DNA of 64,000 bases, taken from positions 182,101,741-182,165,740 of the forward strand of contig CM041465.1 in assembly GCA_023213395.1 (NCBI GenBank). The letters run 5' to 3'. The stretch is from Cycas panzhihuaensis (Eukaryota; Plantae; Cycadophyta). Position numbers and translations under genes: made by a program. Of the stretch, positions 1 through 13,842 are shown in pieces (the stretch's first letter is position 1; each line of letters opens with the position of its first letter). Under the pieces are notes generated by a model. That model did no database searches, was not told the origin of the DNA, and saw only the letters and a program-made list of their open reading frames with translations.

Positions 1-3000
1 TATTAGAATCCTAGTTTAGAGTCCATCATTTTAAGCTTTAATTTTATGCATTTTGGAGCTTATTTAATATAGTAATTATTATTTGAAGTTGATGTCTAAT
101 GATGGAGCCAAATGTCCCTATTTTCACTAAAGGTGGAAGAATACAAACCATAGAATGGCTAAATAAGATTGGAAAAAATCATAAAATCTCATCTTGAGTA
201 ATAAAAAAAATATTATCCAATTATTTCACTATATTTATATAAGAAACCGCATGAATAGTCCTCTAATATACTTTGTTCGATTGAATGGGAACTCTTCTCT
301 AAAAGTTTTTTTATAGTCTTTGAAAAGAGAATTGGAATGTGACTAAATGAATACTAGAAGGACAATAAAAATGAATCTCTTAAAATTTAAGCATAAATGT
401 TAAGAAAAAAATGGAGAACCACATTTGTACAAAGCCTTATTAAGTGTATAAGATACACTTTAAGAAGTGATGGTCAAACTATAAGCTCTTTAAGAGGAGA
501 CATATAATTAGACACAAAATGGGAAAGAATTAGTAGGGAAGATTGAAAAGATATATAATGGGGTGCCTATTAATGAATAATACTATGAAAATACAATTTA
601 TATGCATGAACTAAGAGAGAAAATACCCATTACTAGGAGTTTAAGGAAGAAACTAAGATATAGGATATCTTTGAAAAGGTACTTACTTTAAATTCTAATC
701 ATATTTTGCACTTGTCTATTTCTTTTAGAAGTTTCCTTGTTCATCTTTATTTTCCAAATTTTATATCTTTGAAAAATCCCTCATCCCTTATATTATAAAA
801 CTCTCTAACTAAATTAAACCCAAAAACCCTAACTGATAGTAAGAAAAATTCTTGTTCCACTTAAGGTACCCCTTTATGTCTCATTCACTTGGAAGTCTCT
901 TTATCATCACTCCTATATTACTCATCTTCTAACCCTTTCTTAATATGTTTTAACCCTTAGTGTTATTATTACACACCCTCTCTCCAAAGCATTGACTTTT
1001 TCCCCTATACATCCCCACTCTCCCTACCTCCAATCTTCTTATTACCTTATGCATTTTCCCCTAATCCCTTTGTATTACTCCAAAAATCATCTTCACACAC
1101 CATTACTAAAACCCTTCTCCTATATGGAATGCCTAGCCCTTATTCCATACATATTCCCTTTTACCTCATTAAATCCTAAGTTTAGACATAGATCTAAATT
1201 CACTTACCTTTTATTTTATATAGCATCATCTTTATCATCCATAAATTCCTCTTGTCTATCTCTTATCTAGCATACTCTTCATATATGATATTTCCTTATC
1301 AAATCCCCATATATGCTTCCTTCTTGTTTCCCCCCTTATATAACTCACTTATATCATCTATGGCCCATGTTTTCTAATTACTTGTCCTTAATATGTATCC
1401 ACATGCATATCCCCTCATGTAATCTACCCCTCATATTTTATGTCCCCCCTATGTATTCCCACTCTTATACCCCTATTCCTTATTCTCAAAATTCCCCATA
1501 TCTATTTCCCCAATGCCATGTCCATAACCCATATACTTTTCCTACATCCCCTTGATTTACCCTTAAGGATAATTATAAATAGATATGATATGAATGTAGG
1601 AAGACCTTACAACATGCATTCCTTTGGATTGCTTAAGACTAGTGTCAAGTATAGAAGCAATTTCACATAGAGCTTTATAACAAATAAAAAGAATATATAC
1701 ATGGGTTACTTCAAGAAGATAAAATAAGGGTGAACCAAAATCCTATGATATTCTCACCTTAGTAGGTGGAGGATTGAAGACACACACAAGAGAATTCATG
1801 CTCCAAACTCCAAACAACAAGGTTACAATACTTCGTGGATGAAATATTCTTTAAAGGAGGGATGGATTCCAATGGTCCTAAAACTATTAAATAATAAGAA
1901 GTCATTTTTTATATAAAAGGAAGTTAATTCTTTTACATTAAAAAGTCAATATTTTATTATTAATTTATTATTAAATTTATTTTTTTAATAAGGAGCTACA
2001 ATAACACCCATAAGTAGATCCTCAATTCATTATGTAAGCTTTATTTTTTAGTTAATCCTAATTATCTAACACTTAATGCTTAAAAAAGTTATTTCCCATT
2101 TAGATTTATTTTATTTTCAATTAAGCAGATCTAGTTTAGGATCACTTCATATTGGTCCTACTTGGATAAAGTGAAGAATAACATAAGTTAAATATGATTA
2201 CATGTAGAAATTATATTATTATTTGATCCTTTATAGCTGGAGAGTGAGAAATATACTCACCACAACATTCCAAAAAAAATCACCTTTATGTTCTATATAT
2301 AATAAATAATGTATGTCATACTTATCCATTTTTTTTTTATATCTTACTTCTTTATGACTTTGTAAAGAGTAATGACTCATTTCTAGATTTGTAGACACTA
2401 CATCTTAATCAAACTCTAACACCATTTAGCTATGTTTTTAGGTCTTTCATCCATCTAGCCATGCATCACTTATGCTAACTCCTTATTGGCTATAATAGTT
2501 ATTTTAAACTAGGTAAAGCTACTAGCAACATTTGGATAGGGTAAATTAAACATCCTTTACAAGTTTGTTGGGTTTAAATCATAAAATATCTCTCTATCTA
2601 ACTTACATATCACTTTTCTCTTCTCATCAAATCTTTCAATGCAAAAGTAAACAATTTTAAGGCAAGGAAGTACCTTAAGCATTGTTCTAATGAAGACTAA
2701 ACCCAGTTGTCATAACTCACTTTATGCATCTTCTTTGGACTTGTATAAGTTTTCCTATTTAAATTTTATATTTTTCTTAGTATTTATAATGATCTACATG
2801 GCATGTAACCATTGACTTTTGCTAATAAGAAGAGATAAAGAAAAACACATAGTACTTAATTAGTAACATTGATGTCTCATAAAAATTCAAAATATTACTT
2901 GTCTTTGTGTAGGTACTTAATAGTAGATTCATTAAGGACTGTTACAATTCACAATAGAAAAGTAAACATGAAGAAGTAGCATTTAAATCCCTATTATCAC

Positions 3001-4668
3001 ATAACCTCTATCATATCATTTATTAAGACATTATAATTGGTTAAAATTTAAATTCCATTACTATCTTCCATACCTCACAATATAACTTTTTAAAATTATG
3101 AACTAAAGATCCATAAGATCAAGGGTTTTTAGGTAATCTCCTTACTACCCTACAAACATCTACTTTACAACTTTTTTTTATTAATTTTATAAAGTGTTAT
3201 TTTTTAGTAGTTAAGAGTTAAGGGTCCCACCTCTTTGAGGGATATGCCTCTATTATTTTTTGTAAGTTACTCTCTTTTGGTAGCCTTTTGGGTTATGCAA
3301 GTAAGTTTCTTTTTGTAACTTTACAAGCTTTATAAGTGAATCTCATTTTGCATTTTTACAAAATATCTCAATATTTTCTTCACTTGTTAGACTTTATAAC
3401 TTCATCTTTCACAATCTTCTTTGATATTATTCCATTAAGTTTATAAGCATATTTTTGATTTAACTATTGTAAAGCTTCTCATGAGTGCTTTTTCTTTTTA
3501 TCATTATTTAATAGTATAACCTTATATAAGTTCACATGAATTAGGGGCTTAAAGGATTCGCATATGCTTTCTGCATAGGCATTTCTATATTTCTTAATAA
3601 TTAAAGGATACTGAGATTTCATAATAACCTTGTTTACATTAAATTACATATAACTTAGCTAAATTTGGGCTTATTTTACCTCATAAAGGCATTGTTACAT
3701 AATATTAAAAACTTAATAATGTTAGAAAAGGGATTTATCTTTAATTACCCTATAAAAGTGGAAATGAGGGCCTCACATCTAGTAGATTATTACAATTGGT
3801 TTTCACCAATTTTTATATTATCAATAAACTCTTTATTATAATTCTAATATATATTATTTAATACATATATATTTTCATGTAAAAAACTACCTATATTTAT
3901 GATTACTAATGTGTTTATGCTTATAAAGTAGTGGCATCTACTTACTTGGAGCTTATTTCATATTTCTCCATTACTAACTATGGATATCTTCGTATTTTTT
4001 ATTAGTCCTCTCAATCCTAGCTTTAAATTTATGTTAATGTAGTGTTAGAGTAAGTTTTAGTGAATATATTCTCCTTAGTTGAAGTAGACAAAAAAATGGA
4101 TAAGATCCATCTATAAGGATAAGGGAATTACACTACATAACCCACCACTTTATCCATCTCCTAATCAAAGACAAAATGGACATATCCATAATAGAGGAGA
4201 ACTAATATGAATATAGAAACAAATAGGAAGAAGATTTTATAATTAAAGCTTTAAAGAAAGTTGTTTAAGAGGTATTATTTAAGTAAAAGGAGGAGTTCTT
4301 TATGAAAATTTTAGATTTGATAGAGGAAAAATCTACATGAAATGATATTACAAGTACATCATTTGGAGAGGAAAGTCCATTGAAATTCTTTAAAAAGTTA
4401 GATATTCCTTACTTTAAAAGAGAAATTCATGTTAATTCTTTAGATTATTGGTTTCAATAATTAGAAGTTCACTTTTTAGTTAACCAATTTAGTGATGATG
4501 ACATTTAGATTACTTAATTAAAGTTCTCATAAAATCCTATATTTTGTTGGGAATTATAATAAATGGAAGTAAGACAAATTTGTTCTATTATCTTAGATAA
4601 ATTTCAAATCCCTTTTGAGATAAAGTTTTTATCTAGTTTGATACTTCAAGGATAGGATATCCAATGGT

Positions 4669-5058
4669 TGTTAGAAGTAATGACTAATCAATTTCTTATA
4701 AAGTTATGTCTTGTACCTGCTCACTTTCTTATTAATAAATTAAGAGCAATGTAAAGATGTGTACATATGCTTACATGTTTATGTAATATCCCATTAGTGG
4801 ATTTAGAGGTTCCCTTATATTATTGGTTGGACATGAGGTCAATAGATCTTATAAATATGCACATTTATCTAATACAATTCTTTGGAGGATGATTATTCTT
4901 TTGCCATATAATTGTGTTTTCATAATATTTCTTTTTTATCTTATTATGCTTTCATGTTCATCTTATATTGACCTCATTATTTATACTTGTATTTATGCAT
5001 GTTATTCATCATATTATTTTATCCAACATGTGGTATCATAACTTATTTAAGTCCAACA
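4669..5058 (+). repeat. 5' LTR of element F, with an embedded PBS copy at 5031-5042
   Basis: Aligns along its length to 14705-15106; starts TGTTAG, ends CCAACA, followed by the true PBS. Confidence 0.85.
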
Positions 5059-7139
5059 TATGGTATCAGAGTGAGTGTGCTTAATATGTGATAGAAGAAA
5101 TCATTCTTGATGATGTTTAAATAAGTTTGTTAGAAGATTTTTTGAGCTAATGTATTGCAAAGTCATTTCAAGAGAAGGTTTGCTTATTATAAAATTTTAA
5201 AGTTAATGTTGAGATATTAAGGAGCATATTATCAAGAGAAGGAACCAAGAGCCAATTTGATTTATTATCAAATGGATTAAGATGTGAATAAATTAGGGAT
5301 ATTTGATAGTATTAAGAATAATGGTGAGATTTATTATACATTATATGTGGATATATTATTTGCATATAAACCCTATTTTATGTATTATATGTTTTCGAGT
5401 AAGTCCATGAAGTGTGAAGGGGATTGTTGATGCTTAAGTCCATTTACATAACATGGTATCCCTAGAGATGTGATTAAAAGTGATTTCAAGAGATAAGTGA
5501 GGTTGCAAACTACATGTCTATTTTGGTTCATTTGTAGAGGCTGTTATGAATGTCCTAATGGGGATTCATTACACCATGAATAATCAATTTTCTTGGGTTT
5601 TATTAAATGTTATTTATCATTGATTATTTTTTTAATGATAATGAAGTATTCAAATGAATTTAACAAAATGTTTGGGCAATTAGTTTAGTAATTCCAAGTT
5701 TGGGCTTGTTTTCCCTTAGTTTTTCTATCCTTTCTACATTATGGAAAGGTGCCATAGTATATGCAAGGAAAAGTTAATGTTGAATCTATTGTTTGTAACT
5801 TTATTTAGCAAAAAAATATCATCCTAGATTCATATGGAAAATGATCATCCTCCACAATGAAAATGGATGATTTCTCATTGATTTAATTATTATTTTCATA
5901 AAGGCACCACTCTATGTGGAATGGAGTTATGATGCTAGATCTAAATTTCATAAAGAGATTGAAGAGAAAAACTTGTTGTTGGTCTCTATTTGGTATTAGT
6001 GCTTTGTGGTGTAAACTAGGTTATTTTCTATTAGCTTTGAGCATTATTTGTTCATTCCTTTTCCTTTAATGGGATTGTTATACTGTTAAGAATACAGGAC
6101 TAATCTTTATTTAGTAATTTATATCTTAAAATAGGTAGAAATATATTTGTTAGGTTGCTTTAGGCATTAGGCATCCTCCTCATTTTAGGCAATTTTTATG
6201 ATGTTTTTACCACTATTTTTCACTAATACAAAGATATTATAGTGTTTATAATATAGATATGAAGTTATTTTGGTTATTTGCAACTTCATTTTATTGGAAA
6301 TTTCCTTAGAAATGCCCTAAGTTCATTGTTGAACCCTCATAACAAATGTATAATCCATGTGCATGATTTCTTAATTAACTTTATTTTTCTAAAGTTTAAA
6401 GATTAATTAAACTACATTTGATAATAGTGTGAAGTTTTCTTAGCCCCCTCTATCTTTTTTAATGGTCATATAGAGTTTTTTATGTGACTAAAAGTCATAT
6501 ACGAAAGTGGCTTATTAAATTTTTAGTATAAAATATGTTTTTTAATGATAAGCAATTACTTTTTTCAACATAACTGGAGCATATGAACTTAGAATTTTGA
6601 TATGTTTAAGGTCTTAGAAAGTAAGTTTAGATAAGGACATTTTAAATCTAGCATACTCTTAGGTTCATTTTTCTAGCAGTCTAAAGTTTTTTTTTTTTTT
6701 TTTTCTTGATATGTTCATAGGTTCTTAACTACATAGTGATACATTTAGTTAGTTATTTGGTAAAAAAATTTAAAATGTGAAGCTTTATAGTGTACTTATG
6801 GCTCATTATAGCTTATAAAAATCTAGTTTACTAAAAAAAAAATGTGAAAACACACACACACACACACGGATTAAAAGTTAGATATTATGATATTGTTGAT
6901 GTTTAACCAACTTTTAATGATGATTTGGGTATATTGAAGCTTTTTCTAAGACTACCTATTGATGTTATTAATGGAGTTATTAATTGTTGGGTATCGACAT
7001 TTACAATCATTATTAGAGTTTGTTTTATGGAGTTATTTTTATTGGAGCTATTGATTAGTGGTCATTTCCATATAGAGTTATCAAATAAGTTATTTTATTT
7101 CTAGTTGTGAAGAGTAACATTAGAGTCAAATGTTGTATG

Positions 7140-7524
7140 TGTGAGAATAATAGGATCTAAATACATGTGCCCTGATTTAAGTACAATAAGAAAAATATTG
7201 ATAAATATTCAACAAATCAGGAAAATAAGCAAGACATATGATCATGCAATGGTACGGGTAAATTCACCACACCGTAGGCTCTCTCTCAGGAAGAGCTTCC
7301 ACATTAATCAAAATTCAATATATGAAGTATAAAAGTGTAGGGTAATATTTATAGCCATCCACTAAGATTATAAGGCAATAGGATAGGCTGACTTAACGGC
7401 ATAGGAGGTGGACCTGACCTCACTATCCAATATAATTAAATTACATCAAGGGTCCATTAATACATTATAAACATGAATTTACATAAATAAGAAGAAATGG
7501 AGGAGGTATTACAATGTTTTAACA
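7140..7524 (-). repeat. 3' LTR of copia A
   Basis: TG...CA; aligns to 13843-14227. Confidence 0.95.
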
Positions 7525-7559
7525 CCCTCCCTTAATAGAAACTTTATTTCTTCAGATGC

Positions 7560-10500
7560 TGAGGTCAAATATAAATCATTCAAACTTTGGTTTACCAAGT
7601 TCTTTAGTGAAGATATCTATAACCTAGTCTTCAATAGAATGGTAGACAAGATCAACTTCTCCATTTTGTACATGCTCACGGATGAAATGATGATGGACCT
7701 TAATATTAGCAACTTACTGCTATTTGAAACCTCTTGCAATAAGGTGAGCTTTGTGATGCTCTATAGTACCATCTACATGGAACTTTATCTTGTATAGTTG
7801 TCTATAGTTAATTGCTTTCTTCCTAGGTGGTAATTCAATCAGCTCCTGAGTATCAATTTTTAAGATGGAATTTATCTCTTTATCTATAGATGCTTTCTAT
7901 GTTTAGCCTTTGACTGCCTCCTCAAATGTGGAAGGCTTCGGAGTTTCAAGGACACATGCCATGAATGTAAAATTTATAGAGTGTCTCATCTTAGAAGGCC
8001 TCTTTATAGCTATGGGAGGAGGAGGAGCATCCTTTAAAAGCTATTATACCCACTTAGGAGGTGGCTAAAAGATGATGGCTTCTACTTGAAGGTCATCAAT
8101 TAAAATGAGAGGCAAGTTTATACTTTCTTGAGTGGATGAAAAAGAAGTTATTAGAATTTATGATGGACTAGGAGTGTAGGAGTAAGCTAGTACAAGTGGC
8201 TCCAAAGTTTATTCAAGGGTCACTTGTATCACACCAACTTCATTTTCTACTATAATCTAATATGGAGGAGGTGTTAATACCTATGGTTCTTCTGCAAAGA
8301 TTACATCCTGTGTTATGTCAAAGACTTTATAGGCTTTGAAACTAGGTACATAACTAAGGAAGATGCACTTAAGACTCTTGTCATCAAGTTTCTTCTTGTT
8401 ATCCTTCAGGACATATTTGTATACCATGCATCCAAAGATCCTTAAGTGAGCTACAAATGGTTTCTGACCTGACCAAGCTTCTTTAGGAGTAATGTTCTTA
8501 ACTACAACTGTAGGACTTATGTTGGTTAGGTAAGTAGCCATGGCAATGGCATCAGCCCAAAATCTAGTGGTAAGGTTGGTCGTACTAAGCATGGATTTTC
8601 CTTTATTGATGAAAGTCTGATTCATCCTTTTAGCTATACCATTTTGTTGAGGTGTGTGAGGAGTAGAAAATTGACGTTGGATGCCATGTTCTTTGTAAAA
8701 GTTATTGAACTGATTTAAAATGTACTCACCTCTATTATTAGATCTAAGGGTCTTGATTCTCATCACACTTTCATTTTTAGCAGCAGTTTTGAACTCTTTG
8801 AATTTATCTAGGGCTTGATATTTATTTCTTAAGAAGTAGACCCATACTTTCCTTGAGAAGTCATCTATGAAGGTAATGAAATAACAACTACCATTGAGAG
8901 ATTAGGTGGACATAGGACCACAAATATTAGAATATACTAAATCTAATGGTTGTGAAGCTCTCTAAGAATTCTTAGAAGGGAATTTTTCTCTTTGTGCATT
9001 CCCTTTAGGTATGCCTCATATATATTCTGATATATCTTGATTTTGGGTAGGTCATATACCATTTTGAGCCTATACATGAGATTCAAGCTTTGCATATTTA
9101 AATGACCTAAGTGTTGATGTCATAGGTGGTCTTTGGATCTAGTTATGGTCACTTCATATTTTGAGTAGGAGTATTCTCCTAGTTCATACATGCAAGGGGA
9201 CTCTTCCTCAATTACATCCTTCTCCTTATCACATTGAGTTGTGTTGGCCATTGAGGAGGATTCATGTTGAGGAGTAGTGGTAAGAGGGACTTCATCTAGC
9301 CTATATAAGCCACCATCTTTATGTCATATGGCCACAAGTTTTCTTATAGCATGATTTATAATTCTACAAATACCTTGGCTAGAGAGGACATCTAAGTTTT
9401 GCTTATCTATTTGACTGATGGAAAGTAGGTTCATCTTCATGCCAGGTACAAGGAACACATTATTGATGTAGTGTCTAATGTTGGAGTCCTTTAATATGAT
9501 TAGTGACCTATTAATTTTGGTCACATTGTAAGTCATGTTATCCCCAAATATGACCATTTAAGTGTTGATTGATTGGGTCTCTTCCAACATTTTTTAGAAC
9601 CTATCATATGTCTTGTTGCACCAAAATCAAGAAGCCATGTGGTCTCATTAAGTTAAGATGAAAATGTTGTAAAAAATAGGTTATGAGAGGAGGAGTCTTG
9701 ACCATCTTCCATATTACCACCTTGTTATTGATTGTATTGTTAGTTCCTTTGATTCATGTTTAGGAATTATTTCCTAATTTGATGTCTTTGATCTTGTGTG
9801 GGCCTTGGATTCCAATTCTGCTAATAGATATTATAACCCCCCTTGTGGGTAGAAAGGGCCTCCTTATTGTTGAACTAAACCACCATATTGATAATAAGGT
9901 CCTTCTTTTTATGGAAAGGGAGATCCTTAAGGAGGGCATGGTCCTTCTTGTTGATAAAAAGCTCTTTGCCTTTGTTGATTGTAACTAGGGCCTCCTTGAT
10001 GGTATGAAGGTGCTCCTTGTTGATAATCAGGGGGTGGTTATTAATAGACTAGCCCATATGCTTAGCTCCCTTGGTTTTACAAGAGTTGTAAATTAGCTTA
10101 TCTTCTCCTACATTCAACATCTAAGTGTCCAGATCTTCCATAGTATAGACAAGTTATATTTTGTTTACCTTGCTAATTCTTTTGAGACTTTCCCTATGGT
10201 TGATGTTGTAATTATTGAAGTTGTTGATTTGGACAAGAGGAGGAGGAGGTGCCAATAAGATGTTATTGAGTTGGCTATTTATGTAACTCTTGTGGTATAG
10301 ATAGAGAGTCTAAGAGTTAAGCTAGGTCTTATTGTTGACTAAGATGTTGGGCTACTATATTAATAGTCTTGTCCTTTTCTAAGTTTCAGGCTATAAAGGC
10401 AGGAGCTAAGTTAGATGTTAATGTCATCCTTAGTCAATTGAGAATATTTTCCTCTCGAAGTAAGAGCCCCTTAAAGGTTATAAAGTCCATCTTAGAGTAG

Positions 10501-11042
10501 TTATTATGTAACTTAAAGATAAAAGAGTTGTATTCAATGGGTAAAATGTTTATAATACTTGAGATTAGATCATGGTTAGAAGATGGCTCACCAAGGATAA
10601 TCAATTAGTTTCTAATAGTTTTGACTTTGGTCAAATGATTTATAATATTTCCAATAAAAGGCATGGCAAATAGGTGATCCTTAATGGTAAGAGACCTAGA
10701 TTTATCCTTCCTCTCATAGAGTGAACAAAGTATAGTCCAAGTTTCATTTGAGCATTGTGTCATTTCAATGTTTTAATCCACTTGGTCTTCAACTGCTAAA
10801 TAGAGGAAGGATAATGTTATATTATCCTTAACTTTAAAGTTAGATAAGGCTACAGGATTAGGTGGAATAGTTTTAGTGGGATCATTTGGATCTTGAGTAG
10901 GCTTAGACATGGGTATATCCCCATTGACATAGGCCCAATATTCATTCATTATAAGTAAGTTTTTAACTTGCTTTTTCCAAAGTATAAAGTTATTAATACT
11001 ATTGAGTTTGATGCTATTGGAAAGAACCATTTTTAATGCCAT
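7560..11042 (-). pseudogene. Copia A gag-pol pseudogene (gag, PR, GAG-pre-integrase, integrase, RT N-terminus, RNase H C-terminus)
   Basis: ORF 10773-11042 is a copia gag N-terminus (KLNSINNFILWKKQVKNLL); PR motif WLLDFGATRHM ~9605-9640; ORF 8281-8766 is integrase (TPQQNGIAKRMNQT, HLRIFGC); HHFIREHV ~7670-7695. Many stop codons. Confidence 0.9.
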
Positions 11043-11129
11043 GTTTAAAAATTTTTTTCTTTTTTATGTGTTTGATATTTTAAAAATTTTATTTGATGGG
11101 GCACTAATCTACCTAAGTGGCTTCTAATC

Positions 11130-11575
11130 TAGGATTCTAAAGCAAAGCGTCTTTAGGAAAGCTCTCGATTTCTATTCTGTCTAATGGTGCCTGCCCACAA
11201 GTGGTAAACTAGGGACCTGATATACTGGTACATGAGCTTAAGGTCTCGATATACCTCAGTACATGGGCTGCCAAGAAGGTCCTAAGACCCCCCTAATTTG
11301 TTTTCCCATATGTATCAGACTTATGCCAAATGATAGATCTAGTGGTGAGAACTTACTAACTAAGGCACTCACCCCTTTGGGTCTAGCCTAGTCTTCAAAC
11401 TCCAAAAGATAGGGTCTCCTCCTTAGTCTGCCATTTATTACACCTTATAGCCAATGACATTCCTCATCTAATATGAGTAGGCTAAGGGCGTGTATGTGGT
11501 GGTAACTTTAAGGGTCCTAACCATTCCCCTTGCAAGACTAGAAATAGGAGTTTAATTTAGGAGTTATCTTTTTAA
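11130..11575 (-). ncRNA. Conserved structured leader element upstream of copia A gag (putative cis-acting RNA)
   Basis: Colinear similarity to 51275-51705 in copia C; GC-richer than its flanks; several complementary segments. Confidence 0.6.
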
Positions 11576-12610
11576 TATAAAATTTTAATTTTTTAAGTGA
11601 GTTTCTTCCATACAAGAGGTTCTTTTTAATGCAATAAATGAAATGAAAAAAAAAAAAAAGTTAAATTAAAATAATAATTTAGAATACTCTTGATGGGATA
11701 AGCATTGAGAGTTAACTTCTTCAACCTTCCAAGAGTAACACCCATACATGAGACATCACAAAGCACTTACTATCCTTAAAAATTAGAATTGAATAGCTGA
11801 AAATGATAAGCCGCAACCTATTCTAGCAAAAGAACTTCAAGAAAATTTAAAAATACCTTTAAATCTTAAAAAATAAAGCTCAAATAGCTTGAATATAAAT
11901 GTCAATTTGATAAGTAAATATCTCCCTCAAATTAGTTGATTCTAAATTATAGAGCTATAAATCAGATTTCTGATGCTTTAAACAGTTCACAAATTAGATA
12001 AATGATTGCATAGATATTGTAGAAATAACACAAGTACCTTTTTTGAGGTTTATGTAACTTGCGTGCAAATACTGGTGACTAAAGCAAGAATGTAGAACCC
12101 TAACGAAGGATCAAATAGACTCAGAATCAGATAAAATTTTAGAAAAAAAGGAGATAATGATGATAGGCACCCAATAGAATTAGAATTTAAAAAAAAAAAA
12201 AAAACTTGTGTTAAGGAGAATAAAGTTGTTGAAGTCTAGGGTTCTCTGTAGACCATACGAAGAAGAATAGAGCCAAAAAAAACTCTAGAAAGTTGCTTTG
12301 TCAGGCACTGGAAATGGGTGTGGGGTTGATACAAACCCTATTAATGCTCTAACAAGTAATAATCATCAGTAATATGATTTCAACAAGCAAAAAATGTGAT
12401 TTTTCTCACATTTTCTTCAACAAAACTAAGTAAAACCCCAAATGGATGTAAATGAGCTTTAAAATCTACTATGAGAGGCTGAAATCTCTCACAACTAGCT
12501 GTGTATGAGCTCTAGCACTACATAAAACCTTAGATTTTCCAAGGAACATGAAGAAAATGGAGTAAAATCAATTAAAATCACTAAAATACTTTTAAATCAG
12601 GCATATACAA

Positions 12611-13842
12611 ACTCTGACATGCAATAATATAAACTCATGAGTATAAACCATCAAACATGTAAAGTAAACATCATCAAACATAATCATCACCACAAGACAC
12701 CAAGATTTATATGTGAAAAACCCAATGTGGGAAAAACCACAGGAGAAGGTGGAGTTAGGACTCCACTTATGATCATAAGGATTACATCTTTCTCCTCTCT
12801 CCTTTCTCAAGTTCTCAAGTGGTGAGAATATAAATATATAGTGATAATCACCTCACAAGTAGCCTATCATATATAATGAATTGTTACATCATCCAATGGT
12901 GGGATAGCATGGATATGTATACATCTCACATATCTCAAAGTAGGTTAATAGTGGGAAGTGCATGTGTATAATGGACCCACATTGAACATTATATTTTAAC
13001 AGCCCCCCTATAATGTTTAATGTCCTTGAATCTTGATCTTAGGTCTTCATGTCTTTATCTTGTATACTAGCACCTATAACCTGTAACTGTCATATGTAGC
13101 TTGTATGCAGTATCACCTGTAACTTATATCCTGTAACCTATTTCTTATATTCTATATCTTGTAATCTATTTCTAGTATTTTGTATCATATAAGCTATTTT
13201 CTATATTATATATATTATGGGTGAATTCGTCACATCGTAAGGCTTGAGTAAAGCTTCTATACTAATCACCAAAATCATTTATAACCTGTAAAAGACTTGT
13301 AACTATATGTTATCTCCATAAAGCTATATATGAAGTGTTTTGTGCACATCATCATATCTTCACCTATGTGGTGGTTTCTTTCAATCTACATTAAGATGTC
13401 CATCAAATCAAGCAAAATGATATCTGACCCTATATAAAACAAAATCCATCTACCAAAATACATGGGTGACCAACCATTGTAATCGTTAGTTTACTAGGAA
13501 ATTGCTTCAAGTACATGGTTGATCTTCTTTCTAAATTACTTGTAGGACTTTCATATTGTCAGCAGGGTGTTATACAGGCTTGCTTCCTACTACTAATGGG
13601 TTATCTTCATATAGACTAATTTGAGTACCTGCATGCTTCAAGTATAGGCACTAATACGTATGAATGAAATATCCACATAAAATCACATATAAGTATACCA
13701 TCAGTATTGACTATGTCTCATGTATGTGGCTTGATAGGCTTGAAGTAGATAAGTAGGATCTTCACCTTACCATAGTGGATTAGATATAACATTGCTCTGA
13801 TACCATGTTAAAAAAAGAGATAACAATATTGCTCTGATACCA
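12611..13842 (-). mobile_element. B-family unit (LTR ~12620-13001, PPT, ~790-bp internal region, PBS, PBS module) embedded in the copia A leader
   Basis: 12620-13001 aligns to the B LTR core (36497-36937, 32931-33405); 13002-13550 aligns to 33406-33845; 13568-13790 aligns to ~36090-36410; PBS copies at 13794-13805 and 13831-13842. Confidence 0.85.

Noticed and set aside
1-4039. Gag-like, chromodomain/PPT-like and LTR-like fragments
   Set aside because: Probably older retroelement debris, but too degenerate to delimit; ORFs at 992-1670 are pyrimidine-rich antisense artefacts.
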